Origin: Welwitschia mirabilis
Lineage: Eukaryota
NCBI GenBank assembly: GCA_051453625.1
Contig: JBOZIK010000001.1
Location: 12,501,238-12,564,714 of the forward strand
Direction: 5' to 3'
DNA length: 63,477 nt
Of this stretch, positions 27,101 to 38,320 are shown one piece after another (position 1 is the stretch's first letter; the number at the start of each line of letters is the position of its first letter). Under the pieces are notes generated by a model. That model was not told the DNA's origin. It ran no database searches and worked only from the letters and a program-made list of their open reading frames with translations. A program made the position numbers and the translations under genes.

Positions 27101-30100
27101 AATAACTAATTTCAAATAAAGTTACTCTTCCTCGTTACATTATTTACTCTTGACTAATGTTAGAGAATCAAAATGTTTTAATGAAGCAATTAGACAACAG
27201 ATTCTGTTAAGTGGGAGTTGGCCATGAGAGATGAGATGGAGTCACTCTAAAACAACAAAACATGGATGCTTACTGAGTTGCCAGAAGGAAAAAAACATTA
27301 TAGAATAAGTGGGTGTATAGGGCCAAGGAAGAGCATGATGATACAAGGCAAGGCTATCAGTGAAGGGATTCTAGCAGAAAAGGGGAATTATTTACACATA
27401 GATTTTTTCTCCCATAGTAAAGTTGACTGCTATCATATTAGTGCTTAGTATTGTAGCTGCAGAGGATTTGCATCTAGAGTAGTTAGATGTAAAAATCACT
27501 TTTTTGCATAATGAAATTAAGGAAGACATCTACATGATATAGCTAGAAGGTTTTCAAGTTCGTAGTAGGAAAACCTTATGTGTAGATTAAATTAAAGTTT
27601 ATATGGATTGAAGCAAGCTCCCAGACAATGATACAAGAAGTTCGATAGATTCATGTGTGATGCTGGTTTCATAAGATGTAAGATGGATCATTGTTGTTAC
27701 ACAAGGAGGTTTGGTGACTATTATATTATTATACTTTTATATGTTGATGGCATGTTAGTTGCAGGATCCAATTTACAGGAGATAGACAAATTGAAGCAAC
27801 AATTAGCAAAAAAATTTGAGATGAAGGACTTATAACCAGTCAAACAAATACTTGTGATGAGAATCAGTAGAAATAGATCACAAGGGATTTTCAGATTATG
27901 TCAGGAAATGTATATAGAGAAGGTTCTTAGCAGGTTTAATGTTCAAGATGCAAACAGGAAGTCACTTTAAAGAAGCAGTCTCCAAAAATAGATGAAAAAT
28001 GTGAATATATGTCCAAGGTACTATATGCATCAGTAGCAGGGAGTTTAATGTATGCTATGGTCTGTACCAGGCTAGATATAGCACATGCAATGGGAGTTGT
28101 TAGCAATTTTATATCTGATCCAAGTAAGGAGCATTGGGAAGTTGTAAAGTGGCTATTAAGATATCTGAAATGTACCTCAGGTATGGCACTTTACTTTAAA
28201 AGGAGCAATGTTACTCTACAAGGGTTTTCTGATGTGGATCTCTGTGGTGATTTGGATAGTAAGAAGAGTACTACAAGTTACATTTTTACTGTGGGAAGTA
28301 TCTCTATGAGTTGGATTTCTTGACTTCAGAAGAGTATTGCTCTCTTAACCACTGAAGCAGAATATATGGCTATATCAGAAACTAGAAAGGAGATTATTTG
28401 GTTGAAGGTTCTTCTAAAAGAGTTGGGAAAGATACAGGACAATAGCGAGCTATTAAGTGATAGCCAAAGTGCTATATATCTCGCTAGAGATCCAGTTCTT
28501 CATTCCTGGTCTAAGCATATTCAGTTAAGGTACCATCATATCTGTGGCCTGATAGATGATGGAACATTATCGCTAAAGAAAATTCTTAGATCAAAGAATC
28601 CTGTAGATATGCTGACCAAAGTGGTTACCACTGATAAGCTTAGGCTATGCATGGCCTCAATTGGCCTCCATGGTTAGTGATGAGGAGGCCCCACACTAGA
28701 GTTGTTGGAGTTCGTGGAAAAAGAGAAAGGTTACATGAGTTTTGTTGTTGCACCTAGATCAGTCTTCAAGTGGGAAATTGTTGGAGTANNNNNNNNNNNN
28801 NNNNNNNNNNNNNNNNNNNNNNNNNNNNNNNNNNNNNNNNNNNNNNNNNNNNNNNNNNNNNNNNNNNNNNNNNNNNNNNNNNNNNNNNAGAAAAGTTTAT
28901 ATGGATTAAAGCAGGCTCACAAATAGTGGTATAAGAAGTTTGACAGATTAATATGTGATGCTTGTTTTAGAAGTTACAAAATGAATCATTGTTATTACAT
29001 AGGGAGGTTTAATGACTATTATATTATTCTTCTTTTACATGTTAATGACAAGTTAGTTGCAGGATCCAATTTGCAGGAGATAGATAAATTGAAGAAATAG
29101 TTGATAGAAAAAATTAATATGAAGAACTTAGAACTAGTTAAGCAGATACTTGGCATGTGATTTAGTAAAAACAGATCATAAAAAATTCTTAGCTTATCTC
29201 AAGAAAAGTACATAGAGAAGGTGCTTAGAAGGTTCAGCATTTAGGATGCAAAGAGAAGAAGCACTTCTTTAGAAGTTACTTTAATCTCAACAAGAAGGAG
29301 TCTTCAAAAACAAATGAAGAGTGTGAATAGATGTAAAGAGTACCATATGCATTAGTAGTAGGGAGTTTGATGTATGCTATAGTCTATACCAGGTCAGATA
29401 TAACACATGCAGTGGAAGTTATTAGTAGGTTTATATCTGATCTAGGTAAGGAGAATTAGGAAGTTATAAAGTGATTATTAAGATATCTGAAAGATACCTC
29501 AAGTATGATACTTTAATTTAAAAGAAGCAATATTACTCTATAGGAGTTTTCTGATGCAGACCTTGGTGGTGGTTTGGATAGTAAGAAGAGTACTATAGAT
29601 TACATTTTTACTGTGGGAGGTACCACTATGATTTGGATGTCTCGACTTTAGAAGAGTATGTCTCTCTTAACCACTGAAATAGGATATATGACTATATCAA
29701 AAGCTAGAAAGGATATTATTTGGTTGAAGGGTCTTCTAAAAAAGTTGAGAAAAATATACGACAATAGAGAGCTATTCAGTAATAGTCAGAGTACTATTCA
29801 TCCTACTAGAGATCCAGTTTTTCATTCTGAGTCTAAGCATATTCAGTTAAGATACCATCATATCCATGGCTTGATAGATGATGGAACATTGTCGCTAAAG
29901 AAAATTCTTGGATCAAAGAATCCTATAGATATGTTGACCAAAGTGGTTACCACCAGTAAGCTTAGGCTATGCATCACCTCAATTGGCCTCCATGGTTAGT
30001 GATGAGGAGGCCTCACACTCGAGTTATTGGAGTTCGTGGAAAAAGAAAAAGGTTACATGAGTTTTGTTGCTACACCTAGATTAGTCTCCAAGTGGGAAAT

Positions 30101-30449
30101 TGTTGGAGTATATGGCTATTGATCTAGTTCAGGCTTTTAACACACTACGCAGATGAGTCGAAGCGGAGTATGGGGGTGGAGCCCCTAAATCTTTTGGCGG
30201 GCCATTCCAGCCATGGACCTGTGTTGTCCTAATTTTGCAATATATATCTTATGTTGGAAAATATCTTGTATTGTAACCTTTAAAGGTTGTAACCTTCAAA
30301 GATTGTAAACTTCAAAGGTTGTAACATTCAAAGATTAATATAAAAATGCTAGTGTGGCTATGGATGAATTGCAATTTGCCAAACCATGTAAATCTTGTGT
30401 GTCTTGTGTTTTTTGGTTTTCTCTTTTGCATTTGATTCATTTCCTAACA
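30101..30449 (+). repeat. Copia 3' LTR (349 bp)
   Basis: Preceded by the PPT, begins tgttggag, ends ttcctaaca. Carries four copies of a 16-bp unit (ttgtaaccttcaaagg/a) against two in the 5' LTR. Confidence 0.9.
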
Positions 30450-31368
30450 CTAACTAATCTTTTACTAGTGTCTTTACAAAAATAGGATAATGAAATGATT
30501 AATCATGGAAAATTATTAAAGTTGAATGTGCTCAAACATGAAAAAGATGTAACTTTAAAAATTTTATAACCAATTTTATTTGTTTAAGGAATCAACAAAA
30601 AAATTTAGGAAAAATTGAGATGCTATACCCCATAACCAAAACTAAACTTTGTCCTTAAAGTTTATGGTAAATAATGTTTAATTGATTTCAACATAAGTCT
30701 AGAAGATCGCGAAGAGTTATTTTATTGAAAAATATGCAAATTGATATAACTGAGATAAGCAAAAATAAAAACTAACTATCACAAAAAGCTAAGGAAAAGG
30801 AAAATCTAACTACAATGAAACAATGCTAAGTGCAAGGTCTATCGATAAAAATGCCCCGTGCCTTAGGAGTTATTTCTTATGAAAATGATGATGAAGTGAA
30901 GTGAGATGAAGTGGAGTAAAATGGAGATGGTAAATGTGTCAAATGGATTAAATCATAAACCAATGAACAAATGATTGAACTATCCTAAGTTATCAGCCCT
31001 TTATTATATTTTTGTATTTTCAGTGAATTGCAATATCAACCACGAAAAGTTTTAACCAAGTAACTTACATGAATTCAAGGAATCNNNNNNNNNNNNNNNN
31101 NNNNNNNNNNNNNNNNNNNNNNNNNNNNNNNNNNNNNNNNNNNNNNNNNNNNNNNNNNNNNNNNNNNNNNNNNNNNNNNNNNNNNNNNNNNNNNNNNNNN
31201 NNNNNNNNNNNNNNNNNNNNNNNNNNNNNNNNNNNNNNNNNNNNNNNTTAAGCATGTTATATTTGCAAAAATCATTGTTACATTAGCAATGAGTATTTAT
31301 AGCCCCAGTGTAGTTGAACACATTGCAATTAGATCACTAGAGTAGCATTGCAAGTAGACATCCATAGT

Positions 31369-32481
31369 AATCCTTCACTCTAATTTTGTCTAATTCCCTT
31401 CCTGCAAAATACTTAAAATCACCAAGTACTTTTGGTCTAAGTCATAGGGCATAATCTCATATACCCTATGATAAATGATGAATCCAATTTACACTTTAGT
31501 CCTAAAATAACAATAGAAAGTAAGAACTCCTAAAGTACTTAATATTTATGAAATTAAAAGACTTAGATTAAGTGATTAAAAGGAATTCACACAGCTAAAA
31601 TAAACTCAATGAAGTAGTTACCTAAGCATTTCAAATGTAATTTTACTCATGAATTGAAATCAAAGGAAAACAACTTAATGTATTTCAAAAAAGAAACAAC
31701 TTTATATTAAAGGAAGAAAGAAATAGGAAGAACTTCTTAGTAATCTTTGAAGACTAGTTCACTCTCCTAAGATTCGCTTAGAAAGCCATCACAAGTCGAT
31801 GCTCCAAGGTTTTATAGTTCTCTAAGTCAAAGATGATATACTGAAGGGTTTAAGGCTCTTTTACAAGGAAAGATGGGGGAAAGGGATGATTACGAGCTCT
31901 TGGCTTATAGCATTAAGTGGACGATTACAAGTTATAACATTAGGTAGGATGGTTTGTCTTCTTTTCCATATGGTAAAGATGCTTATGATGATGATAACAC
32001 TTGGCTCCAGAGTGCTAGAGCTGCTGCCAATCATTGACTATGCCATGTGTCTTCATCATCATCCTAGTTAGCCCTACCAAATGTCATGCTACGAGTCCTC
32101 ATCATTACCACCATGTGTCATCAAGAATGAAGGTTAATTTCTAGTGTGGAATTAGATTAAGTTGGTAACTACATGTTGTCCAATGGTTCATGAAAATCCA
32201 GGAACATGAGTTTGAAGGTAGTCTACATAGAAAGGCTAATGACATAGGTGGTCCTAGACTGCGGCACTAGCATTTTGACTCTGATGACCATGAGAGTAAG
32301 ACATGTCCTTCAATTAAGCATAGGTTACCTAAAAATGTTATGGGAAACAGTTAAGTGCATAATTAACATGAAAATCAATAGAAGACATGTTTTTGTGGTG
32401 AAATCAATTATATTAATTTCTCCTATTAAGGTTACTTAGTTATTTAAACCTAATGAAAGCATCAATTTTTGCATGTTAACA
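31369..32481 (-). mobile_element. Family A LTR (copy a), U5 end truncated
   Basis: Terminus gcatgttaaca at 32471-32481; collinear with 22473-23793; homology stops at ~31369. Confidence 0.85.
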
Positions 32482-32546
32482 TAGCAAGTTGGAGGCTAAT
32501 TTTTCATTTTAGTAGAGGGTCTAGGAAGAATAGTATAGAGTTTTAG

Positions 32547-33101
32547 GAAAGGCCCAATAAAGAGAAGGTTTTTAATGTGGAAGAGAAGATTTTCATTATT
32601 AGCGATGATGAGCCTACCCTAAAGTTTGAAGTAAAGCATCACTATCATAAATGTTTAGAACCTTCTCATGCTTCCAATTCTCAACGCAGGCACTCTCAAG
32701 ATGATTCAATAAGGCCTTCAAACCGTTTAGAATATTCTTCTTTAAATAGTTACATGGAGGATAAAAATGATAGTCAATTAGATATAGGAGGATCAGAACT
32801 AGATGCTGGCTATGACAAAATTCAAGTAGTCTAAGTTTAAAAGAATAATTATGATATCTTAGGTATTCACCCAGATTTAACTCAACAAGAAGTTATCAAA
32901 GCTCATACATGACTAGTTTTGCAGTTGCACCCAAATAAGAACTACCACTACCCCTAAGAAGCATTGGAGAGAACTATAGAGATTAATAAAGCCAAGGATA
33001 TATTAACAGACAAGCGAACATGAGTAGTTTATCACTTCTAGCATCATAAAAGATTGATCCAGAAGTACATGAAATGGTTACAATCTTGTTTAATCTATTG
33101 A
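32547..33101 (+). pseudogene. Decayed intronless ORF with a C-terminal DnaJ/J-domain (J-domain ~32844-33035)
   Basis: In-frame read-through of ORF 32577-32834 gives NYDILGIHPDLTQQEVIKAHT*LVLQLHPNKNYHYP*EALERTIEINKAKDILTDKRT*VVY, which aligns by eye with the J-domain consensus YYEILGV..DAS.EEIKKAYRKLALKYHPDKN....EA.E.F.EINEAYEVLSDPEKR..YD. No frameshift; only TAA/TGA/TAG stops. Confidence 0.78.
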
Positions 33102-34410
33102 TAGTTTTTGCATTTTGACTTTGTTATCATTAATCCTACTACACTTACTTGTTCGTATGTTTGTTGCTTTATATTACGTAATAAAGGAGTCCTTCCTTCA
33201 AATGTATGCATCATAGTTAAGGTTGGGTTAGGAGGAGGTAATCCCCTTGCTTGCAAACCCCAATTTTGATTATTTAATGTAAAGGTTTTTTGAGAAGCTA
33301 ATAGAGAATGATCTTCCCTTTTAAAAAAGAAAAAAAAACCACAAATAAGAGAGAGGGGAAGGGGTTGTGGGATGGGGGTGTTTCCAAAGGAAAAAGAAGA
33401 AGAAAAGAGAAGAGTAAACAAAAAGACTTAGTAATCACAAAGTACCACAAAAAAATTCTATGAGGACATTTAGTTGCTCATTCTTAGTGGAATTCATTGT
33501 AGATTTATTTATTTATATAAAACTTTATTTAAGTTCATAATAAATGCATTGAAAAGTTAGAATTTAGGTTTGATAATTCGTTTGCATAGTTCTTATATGC
33601 ATTCATGAGTCATTTGTGCCCCAAGGATTTGGGCGACTATCAGGCTTGGAATTTGGTATTATGCAAGGATGGTATATCTTATCATCTAAATGCTTATAAA
33701 AATCATGTTTATATCCATAGTGATGTCCAAAAATGCAAAAATCCCAAATAGCATGGATTTGCTAAGAAAAAATGAAAAGGTTGTATTGTCATGCCTTATT
33801 GCATTCATTGCGTTTGAATTAGCGGCAAGAATAAGCATGAAAGAGCTTAATCAATTTATGACCATATTATAAAGATTAATTAAGAGGTTGAATATTACCT
33901 CAGTCTTTTATATTCTTAAATATTTGAAGAGATCCCTACATCAAATTGTTTGTGCATGATTTTACTACTTTCCTATATATTGTTTTTACTGGATTTCTTA
34001 TAAGTTTTGTTTCTGTCTAAAACATAACATGATATTTCACTATGAGTTCTTGCTTGAAATTTGAAGGAGTCTATTAATAGGTTCTATAAGAGTTTTAGTT
34101 ACAAGATTTATCAAAAGTTCATTTGCAAGTTTTGTAAGAAGTTATTATCAACTCTATATTCTTATGAATTTTTATTTACATAAACAAGTCTGAAATGTTT
34201 ATTTTCAAACATCATTATGAATCTTTTAGAAGTCACTAATGGAAATCTTTTTGAGACTTCTGTTACATCCATATTTAATATTTATAGCTAGAATTTTAAG
34301 TTTGAAATTGTTCAGAAAGAATTTGAGTACAAACAAAGGTTATTGTAAAAATAATTTATATTTGGTTAACTTTTTCTAAATCCGCTTTCCACTACAGGTT
34401 AGGTTTCTTC

Positions 34411-36660
34411 TATTGAATATGGTGAGGCTCAAAATACCACAAGAATTTACAATGATCAAGGTAAAAGAGCACAAAGAAATAAAATATAATAATTAATGAT
34501 ATAACTTAAAGAATTAAATTTACAAATTTGATAATCCAGAATTAAATTTACAAATTTGATAATCCAAATAAGTAAAGCTACTTAGGCAATAATAGTTATT
34601 TAGCCACTAAGGCAACTTTTTCTTGGTGACAGAGGCTTTTAAATCCACTTAGGATTTCTTCTAGGCCACATAGGCTCATACATCCATTTAGGATTTAATT
34701 TAGTCCAAACCGGCTTTTACATCCACATAGGGTTTCAACTTGGCCACATAGAGTCTTAAATCCACTTAGGATTTCTTCTTGGCCGTGTAGGCACTTACAC
34801 CAGCTGAGGACTTGTTTTTAAGATCTTCTTCACATCACTTCACTTCCTCATTTTACTTCACCATCATTTTCACTACTCCATCTTCACCATCATTTTCATT
34901 GTCATACTTTGGAGCTTCATTATTCTTATCTTCTTTATCTAACCAATCTTGAGTATCAAAATCATTTTTTTAACATGCCTACATCATAAATTTATTTTTT
35001 GCTAGAGACTTCTTCATGGTTTTGAAAAACAACATTTCCATCCTCGTAATTAGTTTTATCATCATCAATATGGATTGAAATAGTTTTTCTTTCACTATTT
35101 TAACATATCCCTTCAAAAGAGATGTATTTGAAGTATTCATCTTCAAATGAATTATCATCATTGATCCATAGATCTTCATTGGAACACATGCCTTCGCAAA
35201 GGTCATTATACGGACATGCCTTTCCAAATGAGTCATGGTTGCACCATATTTCTTTAAGGTCTTCATAGAATTCTTTTTATATGATACATTATCATCATTT
35301 TTATGGGTATACCTCTCCATTCTTTATTATTAAGGACACTCTTAATGTCATCCTTGATTTCTTCATATTGCCACTCTTGATTATCAAGGACATCACCTCC
35401 CCCTTCATACAAGGGTTCAACATTTGGATGTACATCCATGACCCTTTACACTTCAATTTTACACAACAGATGACTACTTAATAAGATTGGGAATATTGTC
35501 TTTGAGGTATTCTCTTCAACCATGCCTTCATTTTCTTATTCAAAATTCACTCCCAGCTTTTTCTTTCNNNNNNNNNNNNNNNNNNNNNNNNNNNNNNNNN
35601 NNNNNNNNNNNNNNNNNNNNNNNNNNNNNNNNNNNNNNNNNNNNNNNNNNNNNNNNNNNNNNNNNNNCTTTCGTGCTCTACCTGGAGATGGCTCTGGTAC
35701 CAAAATGTTGAATATGGCGGGGCCCAAAATACCACAAGGATTTAAAATGATCAAGGTAATAGAACACAAATAAATACAATATAATAGTTAATAATATAAC
35801 TTAAAATATTAAATTTATAAATTTGATAATCCAAATAACTAAAGCCACTTAGGTAATAATAATTGTTCAACCACTAAAGCAACTTCTTCTTGGCCACACA
35901 AGCCCTTAAATCTAGTTAGGGTTTCTTCTAGACCACATAGGCCCTTGCATCCACTAAGGATTTCATCTTGGTCACACNNNNNNNNNNNNNNNNNNNNNNN
36001 NNNNNNNNNNNNNNNNNNNNNNNNNNNNNNNNNNNNNNNNNNNNNNNNNNNNNNNNNNNNNNNNNNNNNNNNNNNNNATTTCGTGTCTTAACTCATCATT
36101 GAAAACACATTCTTCAACAACATCCACTTAGGATTTCTTCTTGGGATCTTTTCCACATCACTTCTTCTCCATTTTACTTCACCATCTCATTTTCACTACT
36201 CCATCTTCTTTTTACTACATCATTTTCATTTCACTACACCATTAATTCCAATACATCATGGTTATAAAATGATGGAATTGGTTCTTATAAATGATTGAAG
36301 GGATGTCACTTTTCACAAGAGATGTAACAGCTCCTCTTAATAGTAAGCATTTTTATACATGAAACATGTTGAATAAACATACAACATTAAATGATGTTAC
36401 ATACGTTGCTTATAGAGTAGTCAGATGAAAAGGTTTATTAGATGGCGTGATTATAAATGTCATTTAACAAATTCCATCATCTTTTACCATTCATTTCACC
36501 TTCAAAGATAACCAAAAGTGGAGGGGGAAAGGGAAAACAAAAAAAAAAAAAAGAGGGAAAAGAAAAGGGAAAGAAAAGCACTTCAAAGATAACCAGAAAA
36601 ATGCAACTAAATTTGTAAAACCCATTTTGGATAGTAAAAAGTTTCTAGAATGGGCCCTTC
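34411..36660 (-). mobile_element. Small, probably non-autonomous LTR element (two LTR copies, tRNA-iMet PBS, no recognisable gag/pol)
   Basis: 34411-34900 is homologous to 35706-36230 (t(g/a)ttgaatatgg..aaaataccacaag..tgatcaaggtaa). PBS gctctggtacca (revcomp TGGTACCAGAGC) at 35691-35702 abuts the second copy. Outer boundary approximate. Confidence 0.7.
34603..34810. repeat. 39-bp tandem repeat (~5-6 degenerate copies) inside the LTR; second array at ~35865-36140 interrupted by a gap
   Basis: Unit atccacttaggatttcttcttggccacataggc..tta(c/a) starts at 34643, 34682, 34721, 34760 and 34799. Confidence 0.85.
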
Positions 36661-37179
36661 CAGAGCTCTAGGCACAGCTCTTATCAATTAGAAATGTTTA
36701 GGCTACTATTATAGGCTTGTCTTATAAGTTTTATTTCAGAGCCCTTGCAAAACCAAAACTATCAATTCATTAAGGAAGCATTTCTAACTTTTCATGAATT
36801 AGTTTTATTAGAGTTCATATATCAGAAATATTGTTGGTAAAAAAAGGAAATCAATAATAATTTATTTTTTCTTGTTCAAAAAACGAAAAGAGAAATAAGT
36901 TAATTGTTAGAAACTTTCATTTTACAAAAGTTAAATTAATCCTTAAGTAGTGTAAATTTTAAGCATTTTATATTTTAAAAAATTTAAATGTATTAAGAAA
37001 ATTAAGGATTTTGCTAAGATTTTTTTGATGCTAAAAGTGAGTTAAATAAGATAGTAACTTAGAAAATTTTTCTTAATTGGACTCAAGTATTAGGTTTATA
37101 TCTAAAGTAAATACTTCTAAATAATCACTAATAGTTAAAACTCTATGTTTTTTGTATTTAGTTTCATTAAGTGCAAGAA

Positions 37180-37345
37180 AGCTTGCCACAATGGTGAAGT
37201 CTTGGACATGGATTAAATTTGGGGTCCTAAGTTCAAACCCCTGCCCTAGTAAAGGCTCATAGTTTGCATGGGCCCAAGTGTCACTACATGCTTGTATGGC
37301 ACACACCTATCTACCTGGCTTACCCTCTTTATATATATATATTTT
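37180..37345 (+). mobile_element. tRNA-derived SINE-like element
   Basis: A-box-like tgccacaatggt (~37185) and B-box-like aagttcaaacc (~37229) at tRNA-like spacing; ends in a (TA)n/T-rich tail at ~37330. Confidence 0.45.
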
Positions 37346-38219
37346 TTGTTTAAGAAAATCCTAGAAAGATTATATTCCCTTAAGGTATCTTATAAGTAGA
37401 TATATAAGATTTATGTAATGGTAACATTTTTAGGGCCATTTGAGAACTTTTATTTCCATGCAATAATTTGTAACAAAATATTTAAAGATAAAAATGTTAA
37501 ATTTAAAGAGTCATGAAACATAATGACCTATTTTACTACCTAATGCCCTTCATGCCTACTACACCATGTAAAATCTATATGTATTTTCTCATTTATTTGC
37601 CTATAGGTTATCATTCGTCAAACTTTATTTCTTTGAAGTATGTGTAATTGTTTAGAATCATTTTTACTTAGAATCATTAAAAATGCCTCAAGTTTCTCCT
37701 AAAGTCTCATCCAAAGCATGTTGTTCTATAGAAATATTTAGTGGCCTACACATATATTGTTTTAAAACTTCTAAGAGAATTGTGTAAAGCTCTGTCCATG
37801 TAAACAACTCATGAAATAACATGCTAAACGATAATATTAAGATATTTTTTGTGTAGGTAGGCTTTCTTTCTATATGTAATGAGATCACTCAACAAGCATA
37901 CTTGGATAAAGGGTTAGACATCACAGGCTATGTTTTCGCATTCATTTTAACACAACCGAATCTAGAAAAAGTAGTAACAAGCTGATGTAGATTATATCTT
38001 TTACCAAAATTAAGTAGGTAATTGCTATGTGAACGATTTAGTATGTTAAATTTAAATAGTAATAATGAATTAAAACACGAGGGTGTGAAAACTTGGAGTC
38101 ATGATATGCATATTTGGAGTGTTTCAATAGCAACTTTTCACAGTCAATTAGTTTCATTGTTAAACTTTAACTTCTTTAATATTATTGTATTTTATTATGT
38201 TATTAATTAGAGTTTGGTG

Positions 38220-38320
38220 CATAACATAGTCAGTTTAACCCTTATTTATAAGTTGTGAACGTTAATGTCTTGGGTTCAAATTTTACAATGTACATGTTGG
38301 CTTATGGTTTTTATCCATTT
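38220..38320 (+). mobile_element. tRNA-derived SINE head (diverged copy of the 40130-40337 family)
   Basis: ataacatagtcagtttaacc...gtgaacgttaatgtcttgggttcaaattt aligns with the minus strand of 40260-40337. Confidence 0.5.

Larger units (their letters stand above)
23805..30449 (+). mobile_element. Ty1/copia LTR retrotransposon (Tork/Tnt1-like), full-length but pseudogenised
   Basis: 5' LTR 23805-24121 and 3' LTR 30101-30449 (TG...CA/TA). PBS TGGTATCAAAGC at 24124-24135, PPT AAGTGGGAAAT at 30090-30100, TSD ctaat/ctaac. Domain order is gag (KMQI*DYLYQKKLH), Zn knuckle (CWNCNKKGH), protease (WILDSNASFH), integrase (WHQRLGH, LRSDNGGEY), RT (LLYVDGM), RNase H (SKHIQLRYH). Confidence 0.93.

Noticed and set aside
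32868-32876. In-frame HPD tripeptide (IHPDL) as the J-domain motif
   Set aside because: It lies in the helix I-II loop; the functional position is the HPN at 32928-32936.
32482-33900. Idea that the J-domain region is the 3' half of the 12801 Athila element split by the minus-strand array
   Set aside because: The PPT-like tract at ~33871-33890 is not followed by a family A LTR start (TGTTAACATG), and no matching TSD was found.
34603-34810. Regularly spaced repeats that could be read as a CRISPR array
   Set aside because: Contiguous 39-bp degenerate tandem units without unique spacers, inside a plant LTR, and no cas genes.
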